Positions 36,959 through 47,168 are shown, numbered from the stretch's first letter. The stretch is DNA of 64,000 nucleotides from an uncultured Eubacteriales bacterium (GCA_964512735.1 CAZEKQ010000003.1:5951-69950); one strand, 5' to 3'. Translations and numbers: made by a program. Notes: generated by a model not told the origin, from the letters alone.

Positions 36959-39424
36959 TTAAAACATACTTTCAGGATTTATATCTGCAAATGCAACAAC
37001 ATTTTTAAATCTATTATCTTTTCCAAAATCTATTAAAAGCTCAGATATAAATTTTCTAAAAACTGCTGTATTTTTACATTTTATTATAATTCTATATTTA
37101 TATTTATTGTTAACCTTTGCAACTCTGCTAGGCATAGGACCTAATGCTATTATTTTTTCTGACTTATAATCTGTGTGCAATTTTTGTTTCATATTGTCTA
37201 AAAAAACTTTTGCACCAGCTCTAACTTGAGTTTCCCTAAGACCTGAAAATCCAATAACACAGATGTCACAAAACGGCGGGTATGTCATCGCTTGCCTTAT
37301 TTTTATTTCAGTATTATAAAATGTTTCATAATCTTGCTTTGCAGCAAGCTTTATTACCTCGTTTTCTGGCACTATTGTTTGAATTATAGCTTTGCCCTCG
37401 TGCTTTCCTCTGCCGGAACGACCAACAACTTGTGTTAGCAAGTCAAAAGTTCGCTCCATACTTTTAAAATCATCATTATAAAGCTGTTGGTCTGCTGATA
37501 AAACCCCTACTAAAGTAACTTTTTCAAAATCGAGCCCTTTAGCCACCATTTGAGTTCCCAGCATAATGTCATAATCCCCATTTGCAAACTCAGCAAGCTT
37601 TTTTTCGTGAGAAAATCTTGCCATTGTGGTGTCAGTGTCCATTCTCAAAACTCTAGCTTGCGGAATAAGTTGCTTTAACTCATCCTCAACCCTTTGTGTT
37701 CCAACTCCGGAGTATCTAACACTATCCTCTCCGCACTCTCCACATACATTTGTAAAGGGATAAGAATGACCACAATAATGGCACATAAGCCTACCATTAG
37801 CACTATGATAAGTCATAGAAATGCTACAATTAGGACAAGTAACAACACTTCCGCAACTGTCACAAGCTACAAAGGTATTGTACCCTCTTCTGTTAATTAA
37901 TAGTATGGATTGATGCTTGTTTTCAATATTTTTACAAAGCTCGTTATAGAGCTGTGTGCTAATTTCAGATTTATTTCCATTTGCCCTTTGTTTGCACATA
38001 TCAACAGTTATAACCTGTGGCAAAACAGCATCGCCATAACGATTTTTAAGCACATTCATCGAATATCTTCCCTGTTTTGCAAAGGAATAAGTCTCAAAAC
38101 TGGGAGTTGCCGATGCCAGTAATAACAAAGCATTATGCCTTGCACATCTAAATTTTGCAACATCTCTTGCGTGATATCGTGGCGATGACTCGGACTTGTA
38201 TGTATGCTCTTGCTCCTCGTCCATTATAATAAGTCCTAACTTTTCAAACGGCGCAAAAACTGCCGAACGAGTTCCGACGACTATATTAGCTTGTCCTTTT
38301 TTCACTCTTTTCCATTCATCCATTCGCTCCCCTAATGAAAGTCCACTATGAAAAACTGCAACTTTTTCACCATAACGAGCGTGAAAAACACTAAGTGTTT
38401 GTGGTGTTAGAGAAATTTCAGGAACCATAACAATTACACCTTTTCCACTCTTTGAAACCTCGTCGATAAGTTTCATAAAAACCTGAGTTTTTCCACTTCC
38501 GGTTATTCCAAAAAGTAGTGAGGCACAAGCTTTGTTGCTATTATATTGTGCAAGCAAATTAGTGTATGCATTTTGTTGCTCATCAGTTAATATAATTTCT
38601 AAGTCATCCGTTACCTTTTTAGATGCATAAGGATTCCTCAACACTTCGTGCTCATAAATCTCTGCAATGCCTTTGTTGACAACGGCGCTAGTCACCGCAG
38701 GTGTTACCCCAGTAAAATAACAAATCTCTTTTACAGAGGCACTATTAACATCGCAAAGCATTTGAACCACACTTTTTTGCTTTTTTGTAAGCTTTGCCAT
38801 CGCCTCTTCGAGCTGTTGACCATCAATTATAAGACGCATCATTTTTTTGCTTGCATCATTTATATTTCTTGTTGCATCATAATTGCGAGCAACAAGTTGT
38901 TTTTTAAGTAATCTTTCTAAAACACTGCTTTCTTGACTAATACCTAAATCATCAAGAATTTTCTTTTTGTTGGTATAGATTCTCCTATTTAAAAGATAAT
39001 CTAAGACTTGCTTTTCATCATCCTTTAAGCTTTTCACATCATCTTCTTGAAAGTTTGTTAAAGCAATAAATGAAACAGTTGTTTTTAAATTTATACCCAC
39101 TGGCAAAGTTAGCTTGACCGCCTCAAAAAGCGTGCAGAAAGTACGCTCCTTTAAATAAGTGGCAAGGTCAAGCATCTCATTATTAACAAGCGGTGCCTTG
39201 TCAAGCACCGCCGAAATAGACTTCATTCTTTTTGCGGGTTTTGCCTGCGACAAATCCATAACTACACCTTGTCGCTTTGCTGTACCGTTACCAAAAGGCA
39301 CAATAACTCTACTACCTTTTTTAACCTCATTTTCAAGATTTTGGGGAATAAGGTAGTCATACGCCTTATCAAAGTAATACGCAACATTTTCTACAGCCAC
39401 AGAAGCAATTTTAACTTCTTGCAT
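36959..39424 (-). CDS. priA: Primosomal protein N' (replication restart helicase)
   Basis: 821 aa. Walker A GITGSGKT, Walker B IIMDEEQE, Cys-rich zinc insert CDSCG...CPNC...CHYCG...CGECG. Confidence 0.95.
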   Translation of the reverse strand: MQEVKIASVAVENVAYYFDKAYDYLIPQNLENEVKKGSRVIVPFGNGTAKRQGVVMDLSQAKPAKRMKSISAVLDKAPLVNNEMLDLATYLKERTFCTLFEAVKLTLPVGINLKTTVSFIALTNFQEDDVKSLKDDEKQVLDYLLNRRIYTNKKKILDDLGISQESSVLERLLKKQLVARNYDATRNINDASKKMMRLIIDGQQLEEAMAKLTKKQKSVVQMLCDVNSASVKEICYFTGVTPAVTSAVVNKGIAEIYEHEVLRNPYASKKVTDDLEIILTDEQQNAYTNLLAQYNSNKACASLLFGITGSGKTQVFMKLIDEVSKSGKGVIVMVPEISLTPQTLSVFHARYGEKVAVFHSGLSLGERMDEWKRVKKGQANIVVGTRSAVFAPFEKLGLIIMDEEQEHTYKSESSPRYHARDVAKFRCARHNALLLLASATPSFETYSFAKQGRYSMNVLKNRYGDAVLPQVITVDMCKQRANGNKSEISTQLYNELCKNIENKHQSILLINRRGYNTFVACDSCGSVVTCPNCSISMTYHSANGRLMCHYCGHSYPFTNVCGECGEDSVRYSGVGTQRVEDELKQLIPQARVLRMDTDTTMARFSHEKKLAEFANGDYDIMLGTQMVAKGLDFEKVTLVGVLSADQQLYNDDFKSMERTFDLLTQVVGRSGRGKHEGKAIIQTIVPENEVIKLAAKQDYETFYNTEIKIRQAMTYPPFCDICVIGFSGLRETQVRAGAKVFLDNMKQKLHTDYKSEKIIALGPMPSRVAKVNNKYKYRIIIKCKNTAVFRKFISELLIDFGKDNRFKNVVAFADINPESMF

Positions 39425-39477
39425 GGGAAATAGCCTCCGTTATGCCAAACTTTAATTTTACGGCTAATAAATCCAGA

Positions 39478-39687
39478 CTAAATATTTCTAATTTCTTCTG
39501 GCTCTACTATGTAATACTTGCCTGTTAAAATATCCTCAAGTGCAAGTGTTACGGGCTTTTCAATAACAATTGCTTTATCTTCTTCAATTTTATCCGAAAT
39601 TTCTCTTGCTCTTTTTGCTGTGGCTGTTACAAGTGAGTAACGGCTAATGTTGTCTACTAAAACGCCTCTTAAGTCTGGGTTAAGCAT
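39478..39687 (-). CDS. rpoZ: DNA-directed RNA polymerase subunit omega
   Basis: 69 aa. SRYSLVTATAKRAREI matches the conserved omega core. Position next to gmk. Confidence 0.88.
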   Translation of the reverse strand: MLNPDLRGVLVDNISRYSLVTATAKRAREISDKIEEDKAIVIEKPVTLALEDILTGKYYIVEPEEIRNI

Positions 39688-39771
39688 CTCTTTACCTCTT
39701 TTATTTTATATTTTATTCTAACTAATATTTATGTACTGCAAATTAACTGTTTGTTAAAAATATGTTTTATA

Positions 39772-40332
39772 CTATCTGTGCCTTTTAATAACATCCAGGG
39801 TGTGAATCACTGCCTCTTCAAGCCTATCATTTACAATAATATAGTCATAATCAGAAGCACGAATCATTTCATTCATTGCGATTTCCATTCTGCATCTTAT
39901 AGAATGTTCATCCTCTGAACCCCTACCCGCAAGCCTTTTATGCAAAGCTCGTACAGATGGAGGCATTAAAAACACACTAATAACATCTGGATAAAGTTCC
40001 CTTATTCTATCTGCTCCTTGAACCTCAATACGCAAAATAACAGTCTTGCCTTCAGCAAGCCATTTATCTATAGGGTCTTTTGGTGTTCCGTAATAGTTTT
40101 CACCATACTGAACATACTCTATCATTTTTCCGCTTTCTATATTTTTTTCAAACTCTTCTTTAGAAACAAATATATAGTGCTCACCGTTAACCTCGCCCTT
40201 GCGTGGCTTTCTAGTTGTAACAGACATTGAAACTACAACATCACTATCAACCTTTACTAATTCATCAAGAACTGTATCCTTGCCTGAGCCTGAAGGACCA
40301 GAAAATATAAGTAAAACACCTTTATTACTCAT
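39772..40332 (-). CDS. gmk: Guanylate kinase
   Basis: P-loop GPSGSGKDT and [20 protein letters not shown] 40332 overlaps the remA stop (ATGAGTAA). Confidence 0.94.
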   Translation of the reverse strand: MSNKGVLLIFSGPSGSGKDTVLDELVKVDSDVVVSMSVTTRKPRKGEVNGEHYIFVSKEEFEKNIESGKMIEYVQYGENYYGTPKDPIDKWLAEGKTVILRIEVQGADRIRELYPDVISVFLMPPSVRALHKRLAGRGSEDEHSIRCRMEIAMNEMIRASDYDYIIVNDRLEEAVIHTLDVIKRHR

Positions 40333-40588
40333 CGTCAGCCTCCTCACAAATAATATCATCATTAAGACGGTTTGCTACCGTTTCTGATTGCAAATATGTA
40401 AGGATAACATGGTCAGTATCTGTAATTATTACTGCCCTTGTCCTTCTTCCGTGAGTTGCATCAATTAAGGTTCCTCTTTCTTTGCAATCCTGAATAATCC
40501 TTTTTATAGGTGCGGATTCTGGGCTAACAATAGCAACAAGCCTGTTAGCGTTTATCATATTGCCGAATCCAATATTGATAAGCTTCAT
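40325..40588 (-). CDS. remA: RemA/DUF370 family regulator
   Basis: 87 aa. [31 protein letters not shown]...[19 protein letters not shown] is near-identical in pattern to B. subtilis RemA (YlzA). Confidence 0.9.
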   Translation of the reverse strand: MKLINIGFGNMINANRLVAIVSPESAPIKRIIQDCKERGTLIDATHGRRTRAVIITDTDHVILTYLQSETVANRLNDDIICEEADDE

Positions 40589-40606
40589 GAAACTTCCCCC
40601 AGAGTA

Positions 40607-41485
40607 TTATTCTATATTCTGTATTTGTTCACGGATTTTTTCCACTTCCGCTTTAACATCAAGCACTTTTCGTGAAATTTCAACATCCTGTGCCTTTGAG
40701 CCTATTGTATTTGCTTCCCTGTTAATTTCTTGAATTAAGAAATCCATTTTTCTTCCAACGGATTCTTCATCTTCAAACATTGAATAAAGTTGCTCTATGT
40801 GGCTACGCAAACGGACAGTTTCCTCATCAACGGCTGTTTTATCTGCAAAAATCGCAGCCTCGGTAAGTATTCTTTGTTCGTCAATATTTGCATCTGCTAC
40901 AAGCTCTTTTATCCTCATCTCAAGCTTTGCTCTGTATTCATTAACAGTTTGTGGTGAGCGTTGCTCGATGAATTTAACATTTTCTAAAATTGTGTCAGCC
41001 CTAACTAAAACATCCTCTTTTAGCCTTCCGCCTTCAGTTTCTCTCATTTTAATAAAAGATTCCAAAGCCTGTTGCAAAACAGTTTTTACAGCCGACCAAA
41101 CTTTTTCTTCATCTGCTTGCTCTTTATGAACTGACAGCACATCACTGTATCGTGTTAGTGATGAAACTGAAATATCATTTCTTATGTCATACCTTTGAGC
41201 AATTTCGTTGTATGCACAAATGTAACCACTTGCAAGTGAATGATTAACCTTTACAACTACATCATCCGCTTCAAGTGTGTCGATTTGAATATAACATTCT
41301 ACTTTACCACGAGAAATATATTCTTGTAAAAAGCTCTTCACCTTTTCATCAAGAAAACCATATACTCTAGGAATTCTTGAATTAAGCTCAAAATAGCGAT
41401 GATTAACGCTTTTTAGCTCAACTGTTATCATCATTGAATCGACTTCGGCACTAGCACGACCATATCCTGTCATACTTTTTATCAT
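40607..41485 (-). CDS. yicC: YicC/YloC family stress-induced endoribonuclease
   Basis: Start at ATG 41485 (MIKSMTGYGRA, the canonical family N-terminus), 10 nt after GGAGA. The C-terminal motif EINREANTIGSKA is typical of the YicC C-terminal domain. Confidence 0.88.
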   Translation of the reverse strand: MIKSMTGYGRASAEVDSMMITVELKSVNHRYFELNSRIPRVYGFLDEKVKSFLQEYISRGKVECYIQIDTLEADDVVVKVNHSLASGYICAYNEIAQRYDIRNDISVSSLTRYSDVLSVHKEQADEEKVWSAVKTVLQQALESFIKMRETEGGRLKEDVLVRADTILENVKFIEQRSPQTVNEYRAKLEMRIKELVADANIDEQRILTEAAIFADKTAVDEETVRLRSHIEQLYSMFEDEESVGRKMDFLIQEINREANTIGSKAQDVEISRKVLDVKAEVEKIREQIQNIE

Positions 41486-41548
41486 TTTATTCAATTCTCC
41501 TAACTACAAGGTTTAGCATTCTGCATCTTTACTTGTATCGCGCTCTAT

Positions 41549-41578
41549 ATTGTATCAATTTTTATAGCATTTTGTCAA
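41549..41578 (-). promoter_or_regulatory. Sigma-A type promoter upstream of yicC
   Basis: Minus strand TTGACA (41578-41573), 18-nt spacer, TACAAT (41554-41549). Confidence 0.5.
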
Positions 41579-41589
41579 ATTCTTTTAAA

Positions 41590-41985
41590 TCAATTATTCT
41601 GGCAAGAACAGCATTTGCCTTCCATCACTTTTGGTATTTGGGCTGTTAACAAATCTCCCTCTTGTGTAAAGCCTAATTCTAGCAATTCTTTTTTAATTTT
41701 CATATTGCCACTTTGTGCAATAAATGCACCCCTGTTTGCAGCATAATTTAAAGCCGCCTTTACAAGGCACTCTGGCAAAAACTTGTGTTTATCACTATAT
41801 TCGAGTGCAATTATTGTTGCAGTTAACTCCTCATAATCAAACAAACAAAAGCCATATTTTTCATCGTCTGCACTGTTTTCAGACACGACCGCCATTGATG
41901 TTTTTGTGCTTTCAAACCCATTCTTTAAAAAGAGTTCGTCTGCCAAATCTTTTGAAACCGGTTTGAAACTGAACATATATATCAC
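41590..41985 (-). CDS. Hypothetical small protein (weak GNAT-like core, Cys-rich C-terminus)
   Basis: 131 aa. Its ATG overlaps the rluB stop (ATGA). ALNYAANRGAFIA...LLELGF resembles the GNAT beta4-alpha3 region. It ends in GKCCSCQNN. No confident family assignment. Confidence 0.5.
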   Translation of the reverse strand: MIYMFSFKPVSKDLADELFLKNGFESTKTSMAVVSENSADDEKYGFCLFDYEELTATIIALEYSDKHKFLPECLVKAALNYAANRGAFIAQSGNMKIKKELLELGFTQEGDLLTAQIPKVMEGKCCSCQNN

Positions 41986-42758
41986 ACTCCGTTTCTTTTA
42001 TTCATAGATGCAGCACTCATCAAACTTTTAATTTCATCATTTGTGAGCTCTCTCCATTTTCCTTGCGGTAGCATACCAAGCCTTACAGAGCCTACAGCTG
42101 TGCGCTTAAGCCTTGCAACATCAAGCCCTAGCTCTTCACACATTTTTCTAATCTGTCTGTTTCGCCCTTCGCAAATTATTATCTCAACCACTACTCTGTT
42201 AGGCTCTTTTGATATAATTCTAACATCAGCGGGCATTGTTTTTCTGCCTTCAATCATCATACCTGTCATCATTTTTGTTATTTGCTCTTCGGTTATATCC
42301 GGTCTAACTGTAACTCTATATGTTTTTGGCACGTGCTTTGTGGGGTGCGTCATTGCGTTTGCAAATTCACCATCATTGGTAAACAACAACAAGCCCTCTG
42401 ATTCTCTATCAAGTCGTCCAATCGGATAAACTCTTGCATCTATTTTTGATACAAGTTGTGCCACGCATTTTCTGTCCATTTCATCGCTCATTGTTGTTAT
42501 ATACCCTCTTGGCTTGTGCAACATTATATAATGTTTTTTTGTTTCTTTTACAACTTTTCTACCATCAACAGACACAATATCTTTTTTAGGGTCTACTTTA
42601 TCTCCAATTTGTGCCTTAACTCCATTAACTTTAACCTTGCCCATTGATATTAACTCTTCGGATTTTCTCCTTGAGGCTATACCACACTCAGCAAGATATT
42701 TTTGTAGCCTAATTCTTTCATCAGTCAATTTAAATTCCTCATTTCTTAAATTTGCCAA
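41982..42758 (-). CDS. rluB: Pseudouridine synthase, RsuA/RluB family
   Basis: 258 aa. N-terminal S4 domain (RLQKYLAECGIASRRKSEELI) and catalytic motif GRLDRESEGLLLFTNDG. Confidence 0.9.
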   Translation of the reverse strand: MANLRNEEFKLTDERIRLQKYLAECGIASRRKSEELISMGKVKVNGVKAQIGDKVDPKKDIVSVDGRKVVKETKKHYIMLHKPRGYITTMSDEMDRKCVAQLVSKIDARVYPIGRLDRESEGLLLFTNDGEFANAMTHPTKHVPKTYRVTVRPDITEEQITKMMTGMMIEGRKTMPADVRIISKEPNRVVVEIIICEGRNRQIRKMCEELGLDVARLKRTAVGSVRLGMLPQGKWRELTNDEIKSLMSAASMNKRNGV

Positions 42759-43896
42759 AAAATCTTTTAAACCAAGATTTCTCTTTTTCTTCTATAATAA
42801 TTTGTTTTTCTTCTATTTTTAAATCCACAGCTTGCTGTGTCACTATCGGAGTTTCAAACACGAGTTTATCCCCATTGTAATATAGCGCCTTACCCACTAC
42901 TTTCCCCTGATTTATTGGAGCATATTCAAATTGTGATAATTCAATTTTTCTTGTTATCTGCATATCACTAGATGATTTTAGTGCTATTTGTGGCTTGTTA
43001 GAGCATTTTAATGCAATCATATTATCCTGTGCACCAACAACATCAAGCGAAACGGTGGACAAGTCATCATCCAGTATCACATTTTCATACTGCGAAAAAC
43101 CATATTCAAACATTTTTATATGGTCTTGCCAATCATTTGGTGCTTTTAATGTTACTGCAACAAGTATAACACCATCTTTTTGGGCTGCAGAAACAAGGCA
43201 TCTGCCACTCTTTTTTGTAAATCCGGTTTTTATTCCAATCGCATACTCATAACTACTAAGCAATCGATTATGATTTTTAAGTGTTCTCATATACGGTGGA
43301 TTGCCGTAACAAAGACGCGCACTTTTAGTAGAACAAATCGCACGAAACTCGGGGTTTAAAATTGCCTGAGCACCTAACAGTGCCATATCATAAGCTGTTG
43401 AATAATGATTTTCTGCGTCAAGTCCCGAAGGGGTTACAAAATTTGTACTGCTCATTCCAATTTGCTTTGCTCGCTCGTTCATAAGAACTGCAAAGCTTTG
43501 CAAATCCCCACCCGCCGTCATCGCCGCAACATTTGCAGCGTCATTTCCAGAAGCTAAAAGCATACCATAAACTAAATCTTTTGTCGAAACGATATCTCCG
43601 GGCAAAAGCCCCATTGATGTTCCTTCAACTTTTAGCATATCTTCCGTTGTAATTATCGTGTCGTTTTTTATACCTGATTCAAGCGTTAACAAAGCCGTCA
43701 TTATTTTTGTTGTGCTTGCCATTGGTAATTTTTCATTTTCGTTCTTGCCATATACAAGTTCTTTACTGCTAACCTCTATAAGTGCCGCCGACTTTGCCGA
43801 AACATCAAGTGCACTTGCGTCGATTGTAAAAAAACTCCACATATAGCAAACATTAAGGATAACAATATTTTTATCAACAAAACAACCACCTGCCAT
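42739..43896 (-). CDS. D-alanyl-D-alanine carboxypeptidase (peptidase S11)
   Basis: 385 aa. SxxK (ASTTKIMT), SxN (ASGND), KTG (KTGFT). Signal-peptide-like N-terminus ending in DASA. The start codon sits in the loop of the upstream hairpin. Confidence 0.88.
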   Translation of the reverse strand: MAGGCFVDKNIVILNVCYMWSFFTIDASALDVSAKSAALIEVSSKELVYGKNENEKLPMASTTKIMTALLTLESGIKNDTIITTEDMLKVEGTSMGLLPGDIVSTKDLVYGMLLASGNDAANVAAMTAGGDLQSFAVLMNERAKQIGMSSTNFVTPSGLDAENHYSTAYDMALLGAQAILNPEFRAICSTKSARLCYGNPPYMRTLKNHNRLLSSYEYAIGIKTGFTKKSGRCLVSAAQKDGVILVAVTLKAPNDWQDHIKMFEYGFSQYENVILDDDLSTVSLDVVGAQDNMIALKCSNKPQIALKSSSDMQITRKIELSQFEYAPINQGKVVGKALYYNGDKLVFETPIVTQQAVDLKIEEKQIIIEEKEKSWFKRFFGKFKK

Positions 43897-43922
43897 TTCT
43901 AAATACCTATGCAGGCGGTTGT
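43882..43922 (-). terminator. ytfJ terminator hairpin that also encloses the carboxypeptidase start codon
   Basis: Minus strand ACAACCGCCTGC-17 nt-GCAGGTGGTTGT (12 bp including one G-U) followed by TTTTGTTG. The loop contains AGGT and the ATG at 43896. Confidence 0.55.
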
Positions 43923-43939
43923 AAAAAAATCAATTATTT

Positions 43940-44320
43940 TTATTGTTCATTTTTAGTTTTATTGATAAGTCCTGTGACTTTATCAAACATATCAGGAACA
44001 AGGCTTACCATTCTCTCTGCTGCATTGTCATACGCAGTGATATGCTTAATTGTAACCTCGCCATCACTAATTAGCAAAAAAGCTACAGGTGTAATTGTTA
44101 TACCGGCGCCACCGCCGCCACCAAAAAGCTCTTTATTGCCCTTTGTAGGAAGGTCTGTACCACCACTAGCAAAGCCATATGTAACTTTTGATACAGGGAT
44201 AATCGTAAGTCCTGCTTCTGTATATACTGGCTCACCTATAATTGTACTAACATCTACCAAATCTTTAACCTTTTCAATTGTTGTTCCTAAAAGTCCTGCT
44301 GCTGAAGTATGTTCTTTCAT
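43940..44320 (-). CDS. ytfJ: Sporulation protein YtfJ (GerW family)
   Basis: ATG 44320 lies 8 nt after AGGTGG. PVSKVTYGFASGGTD...GGGGGAGITITPVAFL is characteristic of the family. Paired with ytfI as in B. subtilis. Confidence 0.85.
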   Translation of the reverse strand: MKEHTSAAGLLGTTIEKVKDLVDVSTIIGEPVYTEAGLTIIPVSKVTYGFASGGTDLPTKGNKELFGGGGGAGITITPVAFLLISDGEVTIKHITAYDNAAERMVSLVPDMFDKVTGLINKTKNEQ

Positions 44321-44321
44321 T

Positions 44322-45146
44322 TTAAGCACCACCTAATTTTATTTTTGAATTTTGTTTTTCATCATTTATATTTTCATCGCTTCTACCTTTTGAGAAAAGC
44401 AGTTTGAAAATAACCTTGTTACCTACCTTCATTCCATAACCTATCAGTGCCATTACCATAAAAATTGGTCTAAAAGCTATTACTGTGTGAAGGTCGCCTG
44501 TACTTTTTTCTGCAAGAAAATCCGGGTCAATGTCAACATCATATTCCCTTACTTTCATATTAGTACAAATTGTCCCAAGTGCTGGAAAAACTGCGGCACA
44601 AGTCTTTCCATAATTTATTGCAGTATCTGCCGCATCATCACCCGCTACAGTTAAGTCAACAAACAGTTCTTTGATTACGATGTGCTTTAAAATTTTGCTG
44701 ACCATTACTTTTGTTTTTGAGGCGATATATTGTATTATTTCAATTGTTCCCTCAAATCCACCAAGCCTAGAAAACAGGGATTTTAACTTTGCAAAAGCAC
44801 CCTCAAAATCGAACGCTTTAATTTTTGCCCATATTTCATCAATATCCGCTTTTTCTTTTGGCTCATCTTCTGCTTGCTCAGCTTTTTTTGCCTTAATTTT
44901 GTCTATTTTCTTTATTACAAAGCTAAACTTTTTCTTGTAATACTCAATTTTTTCGAGAGCAAACATTTCTGGATACACTTTAAATCCAAAAACACCCCAT
45001 TTAAATCTTACTTTTGTTCCGCTTTCTCCAAAATCGAATCCAAGAGTAACTTTAACTGATAAAAGCAAAGAAGTAATAACAAGTAGCAAAAGCTGAATTG
45101 CAAGTAGTATCAAAATAATCCAGCCAATTATTTTAAGTACAATCAA
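44322..45146 (-). CDS. ytfI: DUF2953 (YtfI-like) sporulation membrane protein
   Basis: 274 aa. TTG start after GGAGGAGGTG, N-terminal TM helix. The position immediately upstream of ytfJ supports the call. The family name is recalled from memory, not searched. Confidence 0.6.
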   Translation of the reverse strand: MIVLKIIGWIILILLAIQLLLLVITSLLLSVKVTLGFDFGESGTKVRFKWGVFGFKVYPEMFALEKIEYYKKKFSFVIKKIDKIKAKKAEQAEDEPKEKADIDEIWAKIKAFDFEGAFAKLKSLFSRLGGFEGTIEIIQYIASKTKVMVSKILKHIVIKELFVDLTVAGDDAADTAINYGKTCAAVFPALGTICTNMKVREYDVDIDPDFLAEKSTGDLHTVIAFRPIFMVMALIGYGMKVGNKVIFKLLFSKGRSDENINDEKQNSKIKLGGA

Positions 45147-45192
45147 TAATCAACACCTCCTCCTGCTTTAATAAAATTCAAAACTATAACTG

Positions 45193-45771
45193 TCAAGCAC
45201 CACGCTCAACATTTTCATCATTTTCCTCGGTTGACTCACTTTCCATCTCTACAAGATTTTCGCACTGTGGTACAGGTGGAAGTTCATCAAGAGAAGATAT
45301 ACAAAAACACCTTAAAAATTCGGGTGTAGTGCCATAAATTAGCGGTCTACCAGGCAAATCCAGTCTGCCCTTTTCCTCTACAAGTCCCTTTTGACAAAGA
45401 GTTGCCATAACGCCTGAGCAATCAACACCTCTAACTTGCTCTACAAAAGATTTTGTTACAGGTTGATTATACGCTACTACAGCCAAAACTTCAAATGCCG
45501 CTTGCGATAATGGAGCATTTCGTTTTAAATCTAAAATATCCCTAATTTGTTGTGCAAACTCTGTTCGGGTGCAAAGCTGATATTTATCCTGCATTTTTAC
45601 AAGGCAAAGCCCGCTTTGTCTATCATTTAGCTGAGTTTCTAACTTTTGCAAAACCTCTTGAGTCTGCTCTATGCTTAGCCCCGTTGCTTGTGCAAGTCTT
45701 TTTATATTTATTGGCTCTCCTGCGGCAAAAAGTATTGCCTCAATTTCTGCCTGATGGTTACTTGCGTTCAA
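45193..45771 (-). CDS. scpB: Segregation and condensation protein B
   Basis: AEIEAILFAAGEPINIKRLA is the ScpB N-terminal signature. I prefer TTG 45771, 9 nt after AAAGGAG (14-nt overlap with scpA), over the track ATG 45822 (65-nt overlap). Confidence 0.85.
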   Translation of the reverse strand: MNASNHQAEIEAILFAAGEPINIKRLAQATGLSIEQTQEVLQKLETQLNDRQSGLCLVKMQDKYQLCTRTEFAQQIRDILDLKRNAPLSQAAFEVLAVVAYNQPVTKSFVEQVRGVDCSGVMATLCQKGLVEEKGRLDLPGRPLIYGTTPEFLRCFCISSLDELPPVPQCENLVEMESESTEENDENVERGA

Positions 45772-46483
45772 GTCTTTCAGCTCCTTTGGATAATTCAATA
45801 AACAATTCTTCACCTTCACCATAAACCGTAACCCGCTGTGCTTTTAACAGCTCTAGTACAGCTAAAAATGTGGCAACCATATCCGAGCGACTCTGGGCAC
45901 TTTCAAAAAGTGAATTCATACTTTGGCTATTATTTTTTATCAAACTGCGTAGAATAAACATTGTTTTTGATGTTACAGAAACAACTTTTTTTGATACTAA
46001 ATTTGTAAATGAATCTATAGGCGGTGGAAGTTTGCGTTGCCCTTTTCCGATTGCAGACAGGTACGACATTAAAAGCTCTTGAGTTTCGTGCAGACGGTTA
46101 TATGATGTATCCCCTTCAATTTCTAAAGGCTCTTTTGTAATATAATCAAATCCCTTTGCAATATCTTCAAGCTTCCCCGCCATTATCTGGCAATCTCTGT
46201 ACTCTAAAAGCTCGCCCGTAAGCTCCGTTTTTAAAATATCCGCCTCTTCGTGAACAGGTAACAATGACACAGTCTTGATATATATAAGTCTTGCTGCCAT
46301 TTCTAAAAATTCACTAGCAATATCCATATTACACTCCTGCATTTGACGAACATAATGAGTGTATTGCTCTACAAGTTCAAAAATTGGTATGTCGTGAATA
46401 TTTAGCTTGTGCTTACTAATTAAGTGCAAAAGCAAGTCCAGTGGACCCTCAAAAACCTCTATTTTATACGAAATTTTTCCCAT
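45758..46483 (-). CDS. scpA: Segregation and condensation protein A
   Basis: 241 aa. FEGPLDLLLHLISKHKLNIHDIPI is the ScpA signature. Confidence 0.92.
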   Translation of the reverse strand: MGKISYKIEVFEGPLDLLLHLISKHKLNIHDIPIFELVEQYTHYVRQMQECNMDIASEFLEMAARLIYIKTVSLLPVHEEADILKTELTGELLEYRDCQIMAGKLEDIAKGFDYITKEPLEIEGDTSYNRLHETQELLMSYLSAIGKGQRKLPPPIDSFTNLVSKKVVSVTSKTMFILRSLIKNNSQSMNSLFESAQSRSDMVATFLAVLELLKAQRVTVYGEGEELFIELSKGAERLERK

Positions 46484-46493
46484 ATTAAGCCCT

Positions 46494-47168
46494 TTAAAAC
46501 AGCCTAAACGGCAAGCTTGTTAAGCCTAGAAGAAGGTTTAGCAATGCACTTGAAAGGAATTGCAATGGAATTGTAAGCACGCCAAAAACTAACAACATCA
46601 TAATTCCTATTATAATGTATTGCTCGTATTGTGCAACTTTATAGTAAGTTTTTGGTGGTAAAAAAACAGATAACAGCCTGTACCCATCAAGCGGTGGGAT
46701 TGGCAAGAGGTTAAACACGGCAAGCATTATGTTTATTTGTGCTGCAAAATAAAAGAAGTAAAAAATCGACTTCGAAAAATTGCTAGTCGAAATATCTCCA
46801 AAGGTTATTGTCGCATTTACAAAAATCAACATTACAGTTGCCATAATTATGTTTGAAATCGGACCTGCTGCTGCAGTTATTGCAACTCCCTTTTTTCTGT
46901 TTTTAAAGTTGCGCTCATTAATTGGCACGGGATTTGCCCAGCCAAAACCAAACAAAGCAAGCATTAACGCTCCCATTGGGTCAATATGAACCAGTGGGTT
47001 AACCGTAAGTCGTCCTTGCATTTTTGCAGTGTCATCTCCAAGTTTGTGCGCTGCAAATGCGTGAGCAAACTCGTGTATAGGTAAAGTGCAAAATATAACA
47101 AAAATGGACGCTGCCAAGCTGATTAAAACCGTTGTCATATTTTGACTGCGCAAAGCAGATAAAAGCAT
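46494..47168 (-). CDS. Site-2 protease family membrane metalloprotease (peptidase M50)
   Basis: HEFAHAFAAH zinc motif inside a TM helix, with the downstream NLLPIPPLDG motif. The start is uncertain: ATG 47168 is chosen, and the track ORF extends to 47270 with no RBS that I can see. Confidence 0.75.
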   Translation of the reverse strand: MLLSALRSQNMTTVLISLAASIFVIFCTLPIHEFAHAFAAHKLGDDTAKMQGRLTVNPLVHIDPMGALMLALFGFGWANPVPINERNFKNRKKGVAITAAAGPISNIIMATVMLIFVNATITFGDISTSNFSKSIFYFFYFAAQINIMLAVFNLLPIPPLDGYRLLSVFLPPKTYYKVAQYEQYIIIGIMMLLVFGVLTIPLQFLSSALLNLLLGLTSLPFRLF

